This document shows positions 58,835-64,000 of a stretch of DNA of 64,000 nt, piece after piece. Positions within the stretch are counted from its first letter, which is position 1. Each line of letters begins with the position of its first letter. The DNA comes from Spirochaetia bacterium (GTDB lineage: Bacteria; Spirochaetota; Spirochaetia; DSM-16054; Sediminispirochaetaceae): NCBI GenBank assembly GCA_034520965.1, contig JAXHMY010000003.1, positions 576,001-640,000 of the forward strand, given 5' to 3'. The notes under the pieces were generated by a model. That model had not been told where the DNA came from, did no database searches, and saw nothing but the letters and a program-made list of their open reading frames with translations. The position numbers and the translations under genes were made by a program.

Positions 58835-60214
58835 CTAGGGCTTCCCGCTCCTGTACAGGTACCCGCCGCTGCCCCTCTCGCCGGTAAACTCACCCTGCTC
58901 CACCACCGGGGTTCCGCGAACTATGGTGCTCTCTACGGCTCCGGTTAACTCCAGCCCCTCATAGGGGGTCCAGCCGCAGGCCTCGTGCAGCCCCTCGGCG
59001 GTAATAGTGTGGCGGGCCGTGGGGTCAAACACAACCAGGTCCGCATCGTAGCCCGGGGCAATCACCCCTTTCTGCGCAAAGCCGTGGAGCCGGGCCGGAA
59101 AAGTCGAGCACAGCTCCACCCAGCGGTTCTCCGAAAAGCGGCCCTTTGCCACCCCTTCACTGTACAGGGCGGCCATCCGCATCTCCAGGGAAGGCACCCC
59201 CCCGGGAATCTTATGAAAACCCCGCTGCAGCCCGGCCTGCTTTTGCTCCTTGGTAAAAGGACAGTGATCGGTAGAGACAATCTGCAGATCGTCCCGGGAC
59301 AGGGCCTGCCACATACCCAGCCGGTCCTGCTCGCTGCGCAGGGGAGGCGCGCACACCGCATACGCCGCCTCGATCCCCTCCCGCTCAAAGGCCCCATTGT
59401 TCAGAAACAGGTATTGGGGACAGGTCTCGCCGTACACCGGTGCTCCCTCCCGGCGGGCGCGGCGTATCTGGGCCACCACCTCACGGGTGCCCACATGAAA
59501 AATCTCCACCGGCAGGCCGACCCAGCGGGCAATGGCAATCACCCGCGCCGCCGCTTCAGCTTCAAACTCCGCCGGACGGGTTTTTCCGTGCCAGCGCGGA
59601 TGGCGGTGCCCCGCATCAACCGCCCGCTGCACCAGGTGCGACAAAAGCTCCCAATTTTCCGCATGCACCACCGCAAGTCCCCCTACCCCGGCAATCGCCT
59701 CCATCGCCTGCAGCAACTGCGCATCGTTCAGCCGATACCCGTAGGCCATATACAGTTTATAAGTGGAAATCCCGAGGGCCGCCGTCTCCTCCACAAAACT
59801 CTGCACCCCGCCGGGGCGCCGGAAAGCCTCGGGGCCGATATTCATATGCCATCCGTAATCTACCACCGCCTGTCCCACAGCCTCCCGCTGCCGCCGGTCA
59901 AAGGCCTGGGCCGCCGATTCACCCTCCTCCGGATGAATAAAAGGAACTACCGTAGTCGTCCCCCCGAAAGCCGCCGCGCGGGTCCCGGTAAAAAAGTCGT
60001 CAGTCGACACTAGGTCACCCCCCAGGTCAAGGGTAAAATGCAAATGTGTATCCACCCCGCCGGGTATCACCAGCTTACCCGCCGCCTCTATCTCGCGCTC
60101 TCCGGCCAGGTCCGCTCCCACCGCAGCAATCTTTCCGTCCTCTACCGCTACATCCGCCGTAAACGACGCATCACTATTTATTACTCTGCCCTTCTTAATT
60201 ACTAGGTCATACAT
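58835..60214 (-). CDS. hydA: Dihydropyrimidinase / D-hydantoinase
   Basis: 'PGGVDTHLH', 'TGTRAAAFGGTTT', 'YKLYMAY', 'VHAEN', 'ETCPQYL', 'PPLR', 'STDHCPF', 'IAPGYDADLV'. Confidence 0.93.
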   Translation of the reverse strand: MYDLVIKKGRVINSDASFTADVAVEDGKIAAVGADLAGEREIEAAGKLVIPGGVDTHLHFTLDLGGDLVSTDDFFTGTRAAAFGGTTTVVPFIHPEEGESAAQAFDRRQREAVGQAVVDYGWHMNIGPEAFRRPGGVQSFVEETAALGISTYKLYMAYGYRLNDAQLLQAMEAIAGVGGLAVVHAENWELLSHLVQRAVDAGHRHPRWHGKTRPAEFEAEAAARVIAIARWVGLPVEIFHVGTREVVAQIRRARREGAPVYGETCPQYLFLNNGAFEREGIEAAYAVCAPPLRSEQDRLGMWQALSRDDLQIVSTDHCPFTKEQKQAGLQRGFHKIPGGVPSLEMRMAALYSEGVAKGRFSENRWVELCSTFPARLHGFAQKGVIAPGYDADLVVFDPTARHTITAEGLHEACGWTPYEGLELTGAVESTIVRGTPVVEQGEFTGERGSGGYLYRSGKP

Positions 60215-60382
60215 AAATCTCAGCTCCTCTTTAGTATGTAATGTAGGCTGACTCTCCCGAAATTGTCAAAAATTAAAAAAATGCTCTTCCCGTAGATGGC
60301 CTACACCCACGGGCATCTTGCCCGTTCAGCCGGTAGATGACTCCTTGAAGTTCCGCCCATTTCCATTTATCATTCAGCACTT

Positions 60383-61945
60383 ATGAAACACATACCATTA
60401 CTACCCTCACTCATATTAGGAGCCCTTGTCCTGGCTGCCGTTATACCCGCAGCCTATTATGGCTCTCAGGCCCTGCAGCCGGTCCGAATCTCCGCAGAAC
60501 TCTCTCAAGCCGCCCCGCTCAGCGCACTGGCACAGGTAAAAACCCGTCGCCCCTCCCGGGTCAGCCTGCGGATACGGGGCCGCGACGATAACGACCTGCA
60601 GGTAGATTTTCCAGAGACCTCCCGCCGGCACCAGATCCCGGTGCTCGGGCTGTATCCGGACTACCAGAACCGGGTTGAGTTCCGCATCACCACCGACAAG
60701 GGCCGAGTTTTCGAGCGCAGCCTGACCCTCACCACCCAGGCTCTGCCGGAAGCTTATCCGGATATCCGGGTAAAACGCCTTCAGCCGGAGAAAATCGCCC
60801 CCGGCCTTATCTACCTGCATCTGGGCCACTACGACGCCGAGGGCAACTTTCACTCCTTTCCCTCGGCTATTGACGAATACGGACGGGTCCGCTGGTTCTA
60901 TACCGGAGAAATTGGCCACGTGCTCACACGCCTGGAGAACGGTAACTTCCTCATTCACCGCAAGGGCGACGAAGACGGCCGGGCCCGGGGCGAGACCACC
61001 GGTTCTCCCAACAACGACCACTTGCTGGAAATAGACCCTCTCGGCCGCCGGGTGGCACTCCGAGGCGAGGTGCAAACCGGTATCCACCACGATGCGGTTC
61101 CCATGCCCAACGGCAACATTCTGGCCCTCACCAGCGCCCTCGGTTCCTACGACGACGGGGTGGTGGAAATCGACGGGAACAGCGGAGAAGTACTCCGGGG
61201 CTGGGACCTGCGGAATATACTCCAGCCCGAGCGGCCGCCCCAGCCCCGCAACCTCGAGAAAGGGGACTGGCTGCACCTCAACGGCATCGACTACAACCCC
61301 TCCGACGACAGCTTTATCCTCTCCGGCCGCGACCAGAGCGCGGTGGTAAAAGTGCAGCGTGAGTCCGGCCAACTGCAGTGGATCCTGGGCAACCACGAGC
61401 ATTGGTCCGAGCCCTTCCGGCAGTACCTCCTCCAGCCCAGCTCCGGGCAAGGCAGCTCTTTTGAGTGGCAGTGGGGCCAACACGCCCCCATGTTTCACCC
61501 GGACAACCCCCGGCGGCTGCTGGTCTTCGACAACGGCAACCGGCGCTCCTACGACAATCCCCTGCCGGCTACAAAAAACTACTCCCGGGCGGTGGAGTAC
61601 GAAATAGACCCCTCCAGCATGGAGGTCCGCCAAATATGGGAATTCGGCCGCCGCTACGGCTCAGAGCTCTACACTCCCTTCATAGGCGATGCGAACTACC
61701 TGTCCAACGGTAACCGCCTGGTCTGTTTCGGGGGCATCACCCGTTCCCTTGAAGGCGAGGCAATCGAAATATTCGACTTCGAGAACAACAGCATCAACCC
61801 CATGAAGGTCGAGGCCCGAATTATCGAGGTTACCCCAGAACAACCGGCCCAGGAGGTACTCAGCATCACCATCGCCGACCCAGACCCCGACAGTCACCGT
61901 GGCTATCGCAGCTACCGTGCGGTAAAGATGCCGCTCTACCCCTGA
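60383..61945 (+). CDS. Aryl-sulfate sulfotransferase (ASST), exported
   Basis: N-terminal signal/anchor, Ig-like domain 'HQIPVLGLYP..N.V', 'IHHD..MPNGN', 'DWLHLN', 'LSGRDQS', 'WGQH', 'FDNG', 'YSRAVEYEID', 'YRA'. Confidence 0.9.
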   Translation: MKHIPLLPSLILGALVLAAVIPAAYYGSQALQPVRISAELSQAAPLSALAQVKTRRPSRVSLRIRGRDDNDLQVDFPETSRRHQIPVLGLYPDYQNRVEFRITTDKGRVFERSLTLTTQALPEAYPDIRVKRLQPEKIAPGLIYLHLGHYDAEGNFHSFPSAIDEYGRVRWFYTGEIGHVLTRLENGNFLIHRKGDEDGRARGETTGSPNNDHLLEIDPLGRRVALRGEVQTGIHHDAVPMPNGNILALTSALGSYDDGVVEIDGNSGEVLRGWDLRNILQPERPPQPRNLEKGDWLHLNGIDYNPSDDSFILSGRDQSAVVKVQRESGQLQWILGNHEHWSEPFRQYLLQPSSGQGSSFEWQWGQHAPMFHPDNPRRLLVFDNGNRRSYDNPLPATKNYSRAVEYEIDPSSMEVRQIWEFGRRYGSELYTPFIGDANYLSNGNRLVCFGGITRSLEGEAIEIFDFENNSINPMKVEARIIEVTPEQPAQEVLSITIADPDPDSHRGYRSYRAVKMPLYP

Positions 61946-62289
61946 AGCAGATAAAGCCGATATACAGCGACCTTCTGATAGTCGGAGCCGGCCGCTGCAA
62001 CATCAGCCACACCGGCAGCACTATGGAACCCTTGACGGCAGCCGGAAAAAGCTCCTTAAATCGGTACTCTTTGGCTTTCCTCTGGAGCCGTCGCCGGGCG
62101 GTCGGTGGCCGAACTGATTTGAGAAGACAGCCCTCAATTTTACCCCCGTCTCCAGACTTAATTCGATGACAGTTTGCAGCCTTTTTCGCCGATCGCTTTT
62201 TCCACGCTCAATTTATCCGCCCCCTTTATCAAAAAAAGGGTGTCAAAAAAAGGTTTGACAGTGCCGCCGCTTTCACTATACTTACATTT

Positions 62290-64000
62290 GTGACTAATTT
62301 GCATAATAATAGATTTGTTACACTTCCTTTCATCCCACTCCTGCTCATTCTGACCTTCGGTGTGGTAAGTGGGGTGAGCGGTGAAAACGCCGACAGCAAC
62401 CCTAAGCGAATACTCATGCTCTCCTCATACCACCCGGCCTTTCCTACCTACCGGCAGCAGGTGGACGGGGTACGGGATACCTTTGCAGGTCGGGATGTGC
62501 TGCTCGATGTAGAGTTTATGGATAGCAAGCGCTTTATAGAAGAAGAGTTCCGTCTGCAGTTCCTGGACATGCTCAGTACAAAGCTCTCACAACTGCCGCC
62601 CTACGATGGAGTTATTACCGCCAACGACAACGCCCTCTCCTTTGCCCTTGCCCATCAAAAGGAACTTTTTCCATCTATTCCCATCACCTTTTTCGGGATA
62701 AACAACCGTAAGCTGGCCCTTGCCCAGAACAGGAACCCCCAAGTTACCGGAGTTGTAGAGGCAGTGTCTATGGAGGCAACCCTGCAGATGGCCATGGAGC
62801 TGTTTCCCCAAACCTCCACAATCTATGCCATAGTCGACCGTACCCCGACAGGCCAAGAGGACCTGGCCACATTTTACAGTTACAGCAGCCGCTTCCCCTT
62901 GGACGAGCTCTCCCTAGAGAGACTCAGCTTTGACGAGCTGGAAGCGCGGCTCCGCGGCCTCAATGAAAATTCGGTAGTTCTTCTAATTTCCGCCTACCAT
63001 GACCGTACCGGAGACAGACTCACCTTCGAGGAAAGCCTTTCGCGAATTACTGCGAACAGTTCCGTACCAATCTTTCACCTGTATCACCACGGTATGGGTA
63101 AGGGCATCTTTGGGGGAAAGTTAATTTCCCATTACCAGCAAGCCCTTACCGCCGCCGCCATAATGGAGGAGATACTCTTCTCGGAGACAACAGTGGACGA
63201 GTTTTCAGTGGTTGAGGAAAGTCCCAATATCTACATGGCCGATTATGTACAAATGGAAAAGTACGGCATACGGGAACAAGACCTCCCGGAGGGCACTCAG
63301 GTAATGAACCGTCCCGAGTCCTTTTACCGTGAAAACTGGGTTCAAATATGGTCCCTGATGGTGGTAATTTTTCTGGAGGGGGCCCTTATCCTGCTTTTGA
63401 TATTCAACATCCAGCGCAAGAAAAGTATGGCCCGGCGCTTGATGGCAAGTGAGCAGCGCTTCCGGGATCTGTTCGAATATGCGCCGGTCGCGCTTCTTGA
63501 AGAAGATTACTCCGAGGTAAAGCGCTATTTAGACTTCCAGCTTATCCCAGGTGGACAGAGCTTAGAGAGCTTCTTACAGGAAAACCCCCGGGAGGTAGAG
63601 AAGTGTGCCGGCATGGTCCGAATTCTCGATGCAAACCAGCAGGCATTGTCACTTTTCAAAGTACCTAGCAAAGCTCCCCTTTTAACAGGTCTTTCCAGGC
63701 GGTTCTCGGAAAAAACCCTGGAGGTATTCACCCAGGAGCTTCTCAGTTTTTATAGGGGCGAGACAAAGTTTTCTGCCCCATCACAGATGAAGACACATCT
63801 TCAGGACCCGATATGGACCAATTTGCACTTGGTCGTTGCCCCGCACAACGAAAAAGAATGGGACCGAGTGTACGAAGGTATCGAGAATATCACTCGGACG
63901 GTACACTTTCAAAATCAGCTGGAAAACACAATCCGCGAGAAGGATATTCTGCTCGGTGAAATACATCACCGGGTAAATAATAACCTGGCCCTCATCTCCT
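62290..64000 (+). CDS. Membrane sensor histidine kinase (periplasmic ABC-binding-like sensor, PAS, HisKA_2/HWE-type), 3' end runs off the window
   Basis: Open frame from GTG 62290 to window end: signal/TM, 'RILMLSSYHP', 'VEFMDSKR', second TM, 'SEQRFRDLFEYAPV', H-box 'EIHHRVNNNLALIS'. Confidence 0.85.
   Translation, partial: MTNLHNNRFVTLPFIPLLLILTFGVVSGVSGENADSNPKRILMLSSYHPAFPTYRQQVDGVRDTFAGRDVLLDVEFMDSKRFIEEEFRLQFLDMLSTKLSQLPPYDGVITANDNALSFALAHQKELFPSIPITFFGINNRKLALAQNRNPQVTGVVEAVSMEATLQMAMELFPQTSTIYAIVDRTPTGQEDLATFYSYSSRFPLDELSLERLSFDELEARLRGLNENSVVLLISAYHDRTGDRLTFEESLSRITANSSVPIFHLYHHGMGKGIFGGKLISHYQQALTAAAIMEEILFSETTVDEFSVVEESPNIYMADYVQMEKYGIREQDLPEGTQVMNRPESFYRENWVQIWSLMVVIFLEGALILLLIFNIQRKKSMARRLMASEQRFRDLFEYAPVALLEEDYSEVKRYLDFQLIPGGQSLESFLQENPREVEKCAGMVRILDANQQALSLFKVPSKAPLLTGLSRRFSEKTLEVFTQELLSFYRGETKFSAPSQMKTHLQDPIWTNLHLVVAPHNEKEWDRVYEGIENITRTVHFQNQLENTIREKDILLGEIHHRVNNNLALIS

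Noticed and set aside
47044..64000. Prophage or ICE integrated at tRNA-Pro
   Set aside because: No integrase, phage or conjugation genes and no duplicate of the tRNA 3' end seen in the window.

Overview
64-kb chromosomal segment, most likely from a free-living anaerobic spirochaete (Spirochaetaceae-like: solute-binding proteins begin with the typical 'AGGQGE/GGGQQE' post-signal motif). It holds (i) a ROK-regulated operon (split transketolase, RpiB-like isomerase, SauS-like acylating aldehyde dehydrogenase, SucCD-like CoA ligase, DASS transporter) matching the sulfoacetate-forming sulfoglycolytic transketolase pathway; (ii) two type II TA pairs and a Uma2 nuclease; (iii) a GntR/peptide-ABC/M20 amidohydrolase operon; (iv) a ~15-kb divergent cluster of unknown function (outer-membrane barrel, Liv-type ABC importer whose permease is fused to an alpha/beta hydrolase, SDR, two non-canonical KAS III enzymes, CoA-transferase, thiolase, double TetR, second hydrolase) tied together by four copies of a TGAATC-N3-TCTCA operator; (v) an FMN-riboswitch-controlled ribD-ribE-ribBA-ribH operon, tex, tRNA-Pro(GGG) and assorted single genes. 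Non-coding finds: two ~140-bp MITE-like elements with exact 9-bp target-site duplications whose ends are themselves hairpins, a second dispersed palindrome family, a chimeric deletion scar, and several likely leaderless genes. Seven genes carry single-base frameshifts, most likely sequencing/assembly errors. No CRISPR array, rRNA, transposase or integrase was seen. All functional calls are from motif recognition only; no database searches were run.
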